The translations under genes and the position numbers were made by a program. A stretch of DNA of 19,609 nucleotides, from the NCBI GenBank assembly GCA_038247415.1, contig JBBRUX010000060.1, positions 1-19,609 on the forward strand, given 5' to 3'. The DNA comes from Chitinivibrionales bacterium. Lineage in GTDB: Bacteria > Fibrobacterota > Chitinivibrionia > Chitinivibrionales > WJKA01. This document shows, piece after piece, positions 1-10,736 of the stretch; the stretch's first letter is position 1; each line of letters begins with the position of its first letter. Below the pieces are notes generated by a model. That model made no database searches. It saw only the letters and a program-made list of their open reading frames with translations, and had not been told where the DNA came from.

Positions 1-298
<298 letters not shown>

Positions 299-388
299 TG
301 GAGTTTTTGTCGGTTGACCAGAATTCGATCACACATATCAAGGCTTTTAAAGAGCATATTTTTTGCTCTTTTCTTAACGAGGAACCTC

Positions 389-462
389 GGGTCTGTAGCT
401 CAGTTGGTTAGAGCACTGCTCTGATAAGGCAGGGGTCGAAAGTTCAAGTCTTTCCAGGCCCA
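389..462 (+). tRNA. tRNA-Ile(GAT), rRNA spacer
   Basis: Cloverleaf: acceptor GGGTCTG/CAGGCCC+A, D-arm GCTC..GAGC, anticodon arm CTGCT-CTGATAA-GGCAG (GAT at 423-425), T-arm GAAAG-TTCAAGT-CTTTC. CCA is not encoded. Confidence 0.97.
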
Positions 463-480
463 TATATCCTTAACAACAAT

Positions 481-553
481 GGGGCTATAGCTCAGTTGGT
501 AGAGCGCCTGCTTTGCAAGCAGGATGTCGCAGGTTCGACTCCTGTTAGCTCCA
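481..553 (+). tRNA. tRNA-Ala(TGC), rRNA spacer
   Basis: GGGGCTA...TAGCTCC+A with G3:U70 alanine identity pair; anticodon arm CCTGC-TTTGCAA-GCAGG (TGC at 514-516); T-loop TTCGACT. CCA is not encoded. Confidence 0.98.
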
Positions 554-562
554 AAAGATTTT

Positions 563-603
563 AACTGGTTTACCAGTTTAAATATTTTCTTTGTTCTTTG
601 ACA
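563..603 (+). promoter_or_regulatory. Spacer antitermination element (boxB-like hairpin + boxA)
   Basis: Hairpin AACTGG-TTTA-CCAGTT (563-578) followed by TGTTCTTTGACA (592-603), close to the boxA consensus TGCTCTTTAACA, in the usual position before 23S. Confidence 0.7.
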
Positions 604-607
604 TTAC

Positions 608-628
608 AATTTGTTGGTGAAGCACATG
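608..628 (+). other. 5' arm of pre-23S RNase III processing stem
   Basis: AATTTGTTGGTGAAGCACATG is complementary (20 Watson-Crick pairs + 1 G-U) to CATGTGTTTCACCAACAAATT at 3648-3668, bracketing 23S. Confidence 0.85.
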
Positions 629-652
629 ATTTCGTCGAGATGCTATTAAATT

Positions 653-3625
<2,973 letters not shown>

Positions 3626-3647
3626 TTTTTACTTGCACCTAGACGTG

Positions 3648-3668
3648 CATGTGTTTCACCAACAAATT
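3648..3668 (+). other. 3' arm of pre-23S RNase III processing stem
   Basis: Reverse complement of 608-628 apart from one G-U pair. Confidence 0.85.
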
Positions 3669-3693
3669 TAATGTTAAATAACTACTGAAATTT

Positions 3694-3811
3694 TCCAGGT
3701 GGTTATTGTGTAGAGGAAACACCCGTTCCCATCTCGAACACGGTAGTTAAGCTCTATAACGCTGATGGTACTGCATGGGCAACTGTGTGGGAGAGTAAGT
3801 TGCTGCCTGGT
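3694..3811 (+). rRNA. rrf: 5S rRNA
   Basis: CACCCGTTCCCATCTCGAACACGGTAGTTAAGC, GATGGTACTGC and GGGAGAGTA motifs; closing helix CCAGGTGG/CTGCCTGG; about 118 nt, directly after 23S. Confidence 0.98.
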
Positions 3812-3820
3812 TTTTATATT

Positions 3821-3857
3821 GCCTTCTTATCTTTATTGATAAGAAGGCTTTTTTTTT
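3821..3857 (+). terminator. Rho-independent terminator of the rRNA operon
   Basis: Perfect 11-bp stem GCCTTCTTATC-TTTATT-GATAAGAAGGC followed by T9; a weaker GCCTT..AAGGC hairpin follows at 3858-3874. Confidence 0.9.
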
Positions 3858-3911
3858 GCCTTTTTTAATAAGGCTATTTCATAATTTAGTGCTTTTTGAC
3901 AGAGGTATTTG

Positions 3912-5081
3912 TTAGGAAAAGTTAGCGCAAACGTATTTAACAGCAGAAATCACGCTTGCAACATCTTCATCAGATAGTTTTGGAGATAGAGGCAAAGAAA
4001 GAGTTCTCTCAGAAATGCGGGCAGCAACTGGAAAATCAGCTGTTTGAAAGTGAAATCGATCTTTGTAATAAGGGTGCAGATGAAGAGAAATATAATGAAC
4101 GCCAGTTCCAATGTTTTCTTGGTATAATGCTTCCATAAATTCATCACGTGTGCATGTTAGTCTTTTGAGATCAAGCAATAGAGTGTACAAATGTCGAGCA
4201 TGCGTTGTGTTTTCTTCGGGCAAAGCGGGCAATTGCAAAGGAAGGTCTGCAAATGCCACGTTGTAAGTTTCCCAGATTTCAATTCTGCGCGAAAGTAAAC
4301 TGTCAATATGCGGAAGTTGAGATAATCCTAAAGCTGCAGAAATGTCAGTCATATTATATTTAAAGCCCGGAAAAATAACCTGGTAGTGCTTATATCCCTT
4401 ATCTGAATAGCGCGACCACGCATCTTTTGTCATTCCGTGAAGCCCATACATTTTAATTTTTGAAGCTATTTCGTCATCATTTGTGGTAACCATCCCGCCT
4501 TCGGCTGTATAAATGTTTTTAGTAATGTAAAAACTGAAACACGTCATGTCTCCTATGCTTCCAATTTTTTTGCCTTTGTAAATAGATTCGATCGCATGCG
4601 CAGCATCTTCAATGATTAAAAGGTTATATTTTTGAGCTACATTAATAATCGCATCCATATTGCATGGACGACCAGCAAAATGAATGGGAAGAATTGCTTT
4701 TGTGCGCGAACTAATCGCTTTTTCAATGCGGGTTACATCGATATTTTGACTGGAAAAATCTGCATCAACAAAAACAGGTGTTGCGCCTGTGTGTATGATA
4801 GCGTTTGCTGTAGCGCAAAAAGTAAGGGGGCACGTAATAACTTCATCGCCAGGACCAATTCCTGCGGCAAGCATTGATAAGTGCAAAGATGCTGTACAAG
4901 AATTAAGGGCAATTGCATGCTTGACACCAATATACGCGGCAAATGTTTTTTCGAATTCTAGCACTTTTGGGCCAGTTCCAAGCCAGCCACTTCTCATAAC
5001 ATCACTTACTGCGTCAACTTCAACGCTCGTTACAAGAGGGCTACCGTAAACTAAAAAGGTGTCTCTTCTTGCTTTTTTCAC
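3912..5081 (-). CDS. DegT/DnrJ/EryC1/StrS family PLP-dependent sugar aminotransferase
   Basis: Motifs SGWLGTGPKVLEFE, NSCTASLHL, GDEVIT..TFCATANAI, IEDAAHA, SFYITKN..TAEGG (PLP lysine), GFKYNMTD, LSLPLSP. GTG at 5081 with GAGG 5 nt upstream; TTG at 5084 is an alternative start. Confidence 0.95.
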   Translation of the reverse strand: MKKARRDTFLVYGSPLVTSVEVDAVSDVMRSGWLGTGPKVLEFEKTFAAYIGVKHAIALNSCTASLHLSMLAAGIGPGDEVITCPLTFCATANAIIHTGATPVFVDADFSSQNIDVTRIEKAISSRTKAILPIHFAGRPCNMDAIINVAQKYNLLIIEDAAHAIESIYKGKKIGSIGDMTCFSFYITKNIYTAEGGMVTTNDDEIASKIKMYGLHGMTKDAWSRYSDKGYKHYQVIFPGFKYNMTDISAALGLSQLPHIDSLLSRRIEIWETYNVAFADLPLQLPALPEENTTHARHLYTLLLDLKRLTCTRDEFMEALYQENIGTGVHYISLHLHPYYKDRFHFQTADFPVAARISERTLSLPLSPKLSDEDVASVISAVKYVCANFS

Positions 5082-5096
5082 CAAAACCTCACGCTT

Positions 5097-7322
5097 TTAT
5101 GGTGCAATAATAATCTTGCCATATTTACTATTCTTATTGTTTTTGATAGAATAAATGTAGCTGCCCACAAGTAGTGATGATTGTGGTTTAAAGGAAAAAG
5201 TCCACTCGTTTTGTTCTTTTATAAGTGGAAGTGGGGTCGCTTCACCTATTAGCATTCCGCTTGAAGTGTAAACAAGAACCCTTGAATTAGGGAGAATATT
5301 TTGAAAGGTAATATTTTGATTTTTATGCCTAGAAAGTTTATAAGGGTTTGGAAAAACCTTAGCCAAAGAATTTGTTGCTAAAGGCGAGAGAGATTGCCCT
5401 AAATAGTACTTTGAAAGCCCTGATGCCGAGGCAATCCAGAGAAAACCTCTCTTTTCGTCTATTTCAAGATCATGAATGTCATTGTTAAGAAGTCCGCTTG
5501 TTTCGTTGATAATTAAGAGTATAGAATCGTTTGTTGGATTGTAGTGAATTAATCCATTGTTTGCAGTACCGAGCCACAGAGTAGAGTCGAGGATAACCGG
5601 AGTAAGAGATACTATAGGCTCTTGAATTGATTCTGATTTAGTACGTTTTTTGCTGGTTGAGTTATAAGAATAGAGCCCCTTACCGGAGGCGATGTATGAG
5701 GTATTGCGAATTGAAACTATTTTGCTAATAGATTGCAAATCATCAAAAACGAAGTCTAAAGAAATACCCTGTGACAAGGGATTACCAGAATGTGAGATCA
5801 CGACCAGCTTCCCATTGTCAGAGCCTGCAAGTATTACTCCCTTTGAGTCCACGTTTATTGCAGTTGTTGAAATTAAAAAGCCATTGGAACTAGGAACTGT
5901 ATAGGAAATGCCATCAATTAAATAAGCTTCGCCGTTTCCTAAAAACCGTTTGTAATCTGTGGATGTTGGGTTTACTCCCTTCGAATCATAGCAAATAAGG
6001 CAGCCGGCATAATTATTCCAGCTGCCAATCCAAATATATCCAGAAGAATCTTGGGCGATTGCATTGCACATTCCCCATCCAGGGTCATTGCTATCATCAA
6101 ATCCGATAAATTTTCCATTAAAGCCCTTTCCAGAGACCCCATACCGAAGCCAAAATGGGCCTGCAGGATCGAATTTTTTAATGTTTGCACTTCCGCAACC
6201 AAACCACATATTATTTGATCGATCATTGCATACTGCTACTGACGGGTGACTTTCGCTACCCATTGAACCGAAACCGGGTGTACCAGTTCGTGTGAAAATG
6301 CGCCATGTGGTATCACCATCAAACGATTGGATTCCCATCCACCAAGGCTCGCTTCCGGATGCCGAACTGTTTTGAGTTAGTGCCCACAAATTGCCAGAAT
6401 GATCAAGTTTTATTTTGGTAATGTATTGAGTAATTGGACCTGGTAACGTGAGGTTGTGAGGTTCTGTTACGAGGTCCCATGAGTAATAGTAATTGTCTTG
6501 GGTTCCTATGTACAGAATGGAATCGCTCATCGCAAAGAGTGAGGTGATGCTTGATGCAAAGGTGTGAAGGGATCCATCAGCACTACTAATTTCCGTTCCG
6601 GATGCTGTTAGAAGTTTGTTTTTATATACGCAAGCAATAGTACGATTCCAGGTAAGGACATTATTTTGTAGTGTAAATGATTTGAATTCACCCGACTTGT
6701 CAACAATGTTCCAGATGTTTCTATCGTAAAGATTAAATGTTGTAAGTTTTTTTCCTTTAACAGGAAGCGAAAGAACCCCTTCCGTCATTGCAACAAAGAG
6801 CGTGTCGTTAAATATCGCAGTGGCATTTGTTTTTGTGGTGCTGAAATCGACAAAAGAGGTTGCACTTTGCACCGGCGTATAAGTTGCTGTGCTAAAAACA
6901 CTGAGGCCTTTTGATGATCCTATAATCAGATACTGATTATGCAGCGTTAAAGAAGAAATGTCCCATTGAGATGAATGGTACCAATCGAAAGTTGACACAG
7001 TGCCAGAAGCTGAGATGTGGAAAAGGTACCCGTGTTGCGTGCCAGCCCATACTCCAAAATTGCCGTCACTGACTATTGATAAAATATTGAGGTCTGGGAA
7101 CGATTCGCTACTTGAAAAGAGCGTTTGTTTTTTAGTGCTCTTATCTATAGAGAAAATCCCTCCAGATGAAGCAATCCACGTTGTTTTTGAATCGGTACAG
7201 ATTGTGTTAATCGTTCTTGGAGAGACATAATTTGTAAAACGCGAAAATGGGTAAGCATTTAATGAGAGTATAACCAGAATCAATAAATTAAAATGCGCAA
7301 AAATTTTAGTATGATTGTTCAT
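5097..7322 (-). CDS. PorZ-like secreted beta-propeller protein (two-component regulator-type propeller repeats) with T9SS type A C-terminal sorting domain
   Basis: N-terminal signal peptide; repeated 'I..D..G.(L/I)W(I/A)(G/A)(T/S)..GL' propeller blades; C-terminal KVFPNPY..ITFQNI...VLVYTSSGMLI...GSYIYSI...GKIIIAP resembles a T9SS CTD; 741 aa, similar in layout to PorZ. Confidence 0.75.
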   Translation of the reverse strand: MNNHTKIFAHFNLLILVILSLNAYPFSRFTNYVSPRTINTICTDSKTTWIASSGGIFSIDKSTKKQTLFSSSESFPDLNILSIVSDGNFGVWAGTQHGYLFHISASGTVSTFDWYHSSQWDISSLTLHNQYLIIGSSKGLSVFSTATYTPVQSATSFVDFSTTKTNATAIFNDTLFVAMTEGVLSLPVKGKKLTTFNLYDRNIWNIVDKSGEFKSFTLQNNVLTWNRTIACVYKNKLLTASGTEISSADGSLHTFASSITSLFAMSDSILYIGTQDNYYYSWDLVTEPHNLTLPGPITQYITKIKLDHSGNLWALTQNSSASGSEPWWMGIQSFDGDTTWRIFTRTGTPGFGSMGSESHPSVAVCNDRSNNMWFGCGSANIKKFDPAGPFWLRYGVSGKGFNGKFIGFDDSNDPGWGMCNAIAQDSSGYIWIGSWNNYAGCLICYDSKGVNPTSTDYKRFLGNGEAYLIDGISYTVPSSNGFLISTTAINVDSKGVILAGSDNGKLVVISHSGNPLSQGISLDFVFDDLQSISKIVSIRNTSYIASGKGLYSYNSTSKKRTKSESIQEPIVSLTPVILDSTLWLGTANNGLIHYNPTNDSILLIINETSGLLNNDIHDLEIDEKRGFLWIASASGLSKYYLGQSLSPLATNSLAKVFPNPYKLSRHKNQNITFQNILPNSRVLVYTSSGMLIGEATPLPLIKEQNEWTFSFKPQSSLLVGSYIYSIKNNKNSKYGKIIIAP

Positions 7323-7370
7323 AAAATTCCTACATAATCAAGAATATTAAAAATTACGGGATTGTTGAGT

Positions 7371-7403
7371 AAAAAACGGCATTCTTTAATCTAAAGAAGG
7401 CCG
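7371..7403 (-). terminator. Rho-independent terminator downstream of tRNA-Ala(CGC)
   Basis: Minus strand reads CGGC-C-TTCTTTA-GAT-TAAAGAA-T-GCCG then T6. Confidence 0.65.
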
Positions 7404-7437
7404 CTTAAAATGACTACGGGCAGTTTAAAAATATATT

Positions 7438-7510
7438 TGGAGCAGAGGGGGATCGAACCCCTGGCCTCGACATTGCGAACGTCGCGCTCTCCCAGCTGAG
7501 CTACAGCCCC
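7438..7510 (-). tRNA. tRNA-Ala(CGC)
   Basis: Minus strand GGGGCTGTAGCTCAGCTGGGAGAGCGCGACGTTCGCAATGTCGAGGCCAGGGGTTCGATCCCCCTCTGCTCCA; anticodon loop TTCGCAA; G3:U70 present. CCA is not encoded. Confidence 0.96.
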
Positions 7511-7542
7511 ATTTATTGTAGGAGAATTGGAAGCACACGAAA

Positions 7543-7881
7543 CTAATTATCTTGCAGAATTCCTACGACTCTGTTTTCTTCGATAATAAAGGTCATTTTC
7601 CCGTTATGGCGATATATCCAGTTTTCCTGTGTTGCCCATGGCTGATGAACTATTTCGATTTTTAGCGGTTCACCAAGAAGGAATCGTACTGTTTCCTGTA
7701 AAATACCTACTTCAAAACGGTTGTCGTAAACACAAGTTTTGTCAAGCTCTGAAACATCGGGATGAGTTTGAATGAAACTATCACGCTGTTCGATTGTAGG
7801 GTCTACTTTTTTAAACGCCGCACAACCGCCGGTAAGCAGCACTACAGAACAAAGTGCAATGCTAAGCAGGCTTCGTATCAT
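7543..7881 (-). CDS. Small lipoprotein, SmpA/OmlA(BamE)-like fold
   Basis: ATG at 7881 with GAGGAG 7 nt upstream; signal peptide with lipobox LTGG-C; C-terminal VG...ETVRFLLGEP.....ENWIY....FIIEENRVVGI pattern resembles BamE/SmpA-like domains. 112 aa. Confidence 0.65.
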   Translation of the reverse strand: MIRSLLSIALCSVVLLTGGCAAFKKVDPTIEQRDSFIQTHPDVSELDKTCVYDNRFEVGILQETVRFLLGEPLKIEIVHQPWATQENWIYRHNGKMTFIIEENRVVGILQDN

Positions 7882-8206
7882 GATCAAACTCCTCTTCGGT
7901 TGAATAAACACGCACTAATTTTGATAATCCTACAACATCGAGCACATCTTTAACATACTCATTTGGTTCGATTAACGCCATAGTTCCATTTTTTTTTCTT
8001 AAGGAAGTATGACAATAGATCAAAACATTGAGTGCTCCGCTATCAAGATAGGTTACCTTAGATAGATTCAAAGCAATGCTGCTTACATTTCGCTCTAGCA
8101 AAGAGTTAATGTACGACTTAAGAACAATTGAATCTTTTAGGCGATCAATCTTGCCGCTTACATCGACAAGCTGATAGCCATTTTTATCTCGTCCATCGAT
8201 GTCCAT
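7862..8206 (-). CDS. STAS-domain anti-sigma factor antagonist (SpoIIAA/RsbV family)
   Basis: LVDVSGKID...IALNLSKVTYLDSGALNVLI...GTMALIEPNEYVKDVLDVVGL is typical of STAS with the phosphorylatable Ser (LDS). Start 8206 chosen from family length; 8230 and 8236 are alternatives. Confidence 0.9.
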   Translation of the reverse strand: MDIDGRDKNGYQLVDVSGKIDRLKDSIVLKSYINSLLERNVSSIALNLSKVTYLDSGALNVLIYCHTSLRKKNGTMALIEPNEYVKDVLDVVGLSKLVRVYSTEEEFDHDTKPA

Positions 8207-8345
8207 AACGTGGGCAACCCTTTGAAGCATATTCAAAACACATTACTTTAAAAATATACATAAGAATACGGTGTTTGGAAACAATACTTGATTGCGTTTA
8301 GCCTTTTTTGTCTTTGGAGAAAAGGGTAACCCTAAGATGTCTGAA

Positions 8346-9185
8346 TCATTCTGTGTATACAGCATCGCATTTCATGGATTTTCCCCGCATAAGAACTCCC
8401 TCCAAATACTGAATACTGGTTGCAGGAGTGTCATTTTTCTCGCATTGGCGAACAGATGCCGTAATGGTAAAGCCTTCGGATAGTCCAACGAGCTTGCGGC
8501 TTCGAACGCGAACTGTGGTAACCAATCGTTGTGCGAGCTCGGTTGCTTCGCGCTTGTTGGTATTAGGGAGAACGAGCAAAAACCTGGCTCCACTGTGACG
8601 AGCAAGAATATCAATGGTTCGCACTGTTATTTCGATTATTTTTACCAAAAGTGTTAGGACATCGTCACCAATTTTAGACGAATGAATTTCATTTATATCA
8701 TGAAAGTTATCGACGTCCAATAGAATAACTGCAAGCGAGTGCTTATATCGAGTAGCACGCAGCATTTCTTCTTTAAATCGCTGCAAGTGTGGCGCTAAAG
8801 CATAGGGGCGTTCGGGCGAGTCGTTGGATCGCAGTGTTGTGTTTGCTGCAAGGGGTAGAAAGATTTTGCCCGGCGAAGCTGCTCCATCGTGCTGCTGATC
8901 AAAAAAATCGATTGCAGCAACTCGAATGGAAATGTTTCGTGCTAGCTTTAATGCAAGTGCTTGTTTGTGTTTAATAATCTTTTCGAATAATTGTTCAGAT
9001 TCGATGGGTCTGACCGTTAACCCGGTAAGTTGCGCAATAATAAATTTAAAAGGATCTTTTAAGTAAGTGCGCGAATCGAGCAAGAGAGACGAGATTACCT
9101 TAAATGACGCAGGATCCGAGATTTCCAGTGGCCCCCGAATGAGCTCTTGAAAGCGGGGAAATGGTAGTTCGTTATTTTGATTCAT
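8346..9185 (-). CDS. GGDEF-domain protein with degenerate active site (SGARF) and RxxD I-site
   Basis: C-terminal domain: EEMLRATRYKHSLAVILLDVDNFHDINE....GDDVL.....VRTIDILARHSGARFLLVLPNTNKREA..LAQRL...TITASV. ATG at 9185 preferred over the upstream GTG at 9296. Confidence 0.88.
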   Translation of the reverse strand: MNQNNELPFPRFQELIRGPLEISDPASFKVISSLLLDSRTYLKDPFKFIIAQLTGLTVRPIESEQLFEKIIKHKQALALKLARNISIRVAAIDFFDQQHDGAASPGKIFLPLAANTTLRSNDSPERPYALAPHLQRFKEEMLRATRYKHSLAVILLDVDNFHDINEIHSSKIGDDVLTLLVKIIEITVRTIDILARHSGARFLLVLPNTNKREATELAQRLVTTVRVRSRKLVGLSEGFTITASVRQCEKNDTPATSIQYLEGVLMRGKSMKCDAVYTE

Positions 9186-9377
9186 AGTATTATAAAGATA
9201 GTTATCGGCTCTATCATTGTAATGTAAAATACACCCAGCGTCAATTCTATTGTAATGCTCGTTTGCTGGGTATGCTTTTAAAGCTGGGGGATCCACAGTG
9301 TATTTTAAAACATATTTTTAGTATATGAGACACGGATCGCAGCGTAAGAAACAGTGCCCCATGCTGGAGGTGTTGGT

Positions 9378-9659
9378 ATGAGTGTTATAGAATTAAAGTG
9401 CCCCACGTGTAAATCAACCATTATGTATGATGATGTGGCTGGCAAGATTGTTGAGCATAAAGCTCACGAGCAGCCCAAAACCGATTTCGGAGCCTTTTTA
9501 AAAGCACAAAAAACAAGACCTGCGTGGGACGATAAGTTTCAAAAAGCTCGAGATGAAGATGCTCGACGCAAACAGGAACGAGAAGAGCTGTTTAAAAAAG
9601 TATCCGAAAATCCAGAGGATCTTGGGGGTGATTATCAAAATCCCCTGACCTGGGACTAG
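9378..9659 (+). CDS. Small hypothetical protein, N-terminal CxxC knuckle plus charged helix
   Basis: GGAGG RBS at 9366-9370, ATG at 9378; IELKCPTCKSTIMYD..GKIVEH followed by a K/E/R-rich helix; 93 aa. Confidence 0.8.
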   Translation: MSVIELKCPTCKSTIMYDDVAGKIVEHKAHEQPKTDFGAFLKAQKTRPAWDDKFQKARDEDARRKQEREELFKKVSENPEDLGGDYQNPLTWD

Positions 9660-9709
9660 CATAACCGTTTGATACCTATTTTATTAATGCATAACAAAGG
9701 AGAATACTC

Positions 9710-10684
9710 GTGTCGCACAGTGCAGATGTCAGTACTTTGCCAGAAGGATTGTATGCTCATATTACCACAGGCCGCGGAGACATTGTCCTTTCGTTGGCAT
9801 TCGACCAAGTTCCGCTTACCGTAGCAAGTTTTGTTGGGCTTGCTGAAGGCACCTTTAAAAATTCTGCCAAGCAGCCAGGGGTTCCCTATTATGATGGTGT
9901 TAAATTTCATCGGGTAGTACCCGGTTTTGTTATACAGGGCGGAGATCCTTTAGGTGATGGTCGCGGCGGACCAGGTTACACGTTTGCTGATGAGTTTGAT
10001 TCAACCCTTCGGCATGATAAGGCCGGCATTGTATCGATGGCTAATGCAGGTCCCAAAACAAATGGAAGCCAATTTTTTATAACTTTGGGAGCAACGCCGC
10101 ACTTAAATGACAAACATTCTGTTTTTGGTTCGGTGGTGATAGGCATGGACGTGGTAGAATCGATTGAGGCTGGCGATGTTATGGAATCGATGCGCATTAT
10201 TAGGAATGGCGAAAAAGCTCAAAACTTTAAAGTCGATCAAGAGTCATTTGATGCAATCAATCGAGGCATAGACGAAAAAGCTGATCTGCAGAAAAAAGCT
10301 GAAAAAGCTAAACTTGAAGCTATCATCGTTGAAAAATGGCCAAACGCAAAGACTACCGATTCTGGTATGCGGCATATTGTTGACAATGTTGGAATTGGCG
10401 CAAAGCCCAATCGTGGGGATTCGGTGTTAGTTCATTATACGGGCATGTTTGTGTCGGGCGAAGTTTTTGATAGCTCAGTTGCACGCAACGAACCCTTTGA
10501 GCTTGAAGTTGGTGTTGGAATGGTTATCCCCGGTTGGGACATAACGCTTCTTGACATGCAGGCAGGGGAAAAACGAACAGTTATTATTCCGTCGGAACTC
10601 GCGTACGGGGAACGTGGTGCAGGGGGTGTTATCCCTCCCGATGCAACACTTGTTTTTGAAGTTGAATTGATAAAAATTAAGTAG
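9710..10684 (+). CDS. Peptidyl-prolyl cis-trans isomerase, cyclophilin + FKBP fusion
   Basis: AAAGGAG RBS with GTG start; cyclophilin motifs [52 protein letters not shown] motifs VHYTG...[36 protein letters not shown]. Confidence 0.96.
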   Translation: MSHSADVSTLPEGLYAHITTGRGDIVLSLAFDQVPLTVASFVGLAEGTFKNSAKQPGVPYYDGVKFHRVVPGFVIQGGDPLGDGRGGPGYTFADEFDSTLRHDKAGIVSMANAGPKTNGSQFFITLGATPHLNDKHSVFGSVVIGMDVVESIEAGDVMESMRIIRNGEKAQNFKVDQESFDAINRGIDEKADLQKKAEKAKLEAIIVEKWPNAKTTDSGMRHIVDNVGIGAKPNRGDSVLVHYTGMFVSGEVFDSSVARNEPFELEVGVGMVIPGWDITLLDMQAGEKRTVIIPSELAYGERGAGGVIPPDATLVFEVELIKIK

Positions 10685-10696
10685 CTGTTGATAAAA

Positions 10697-10734
10697 TACG
10701 TGCACGAGCTGGCACTTGTCTGTTCTTGCACGTA
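10697..10734. terminator. Imperfect hairpin between convergent PPIase and pdxA genes (possible bidirectional terminator)
   Basis: TACGTGCA (10697-10704) pairs with TGCACGTA (10727-10734), with inner GAGC/GTTC pairing; no strong U-tract. Confidence 0.4.
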
Positions 10735-10736
10735 GC

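Noticed and set aside
7323..7437. Possible integrative element or att duplication at the tRNA-Ala(CGC) 3' end
   Set aside because: No repeat of the tRNA 3' end, no integrase and no obvious compositional break; flanking genes look native.
8230..8345. Possible c-di-GMP riboswitch between the GGDEF and STAS genes (near-palindrome AGGGTAACCCT)
   Set aside because: The GCAAA..GNRA..GACGCAAA core of class I is absent and no class II layout is seen; an Infernal/Rfam scan would be definitive.
9186..9296. 37-aa N-terminal extension of the GGDEF ORF
   Set aside because: AT-rich divergent promoter region with no domain-like character; ATG 9185 is more plausible.
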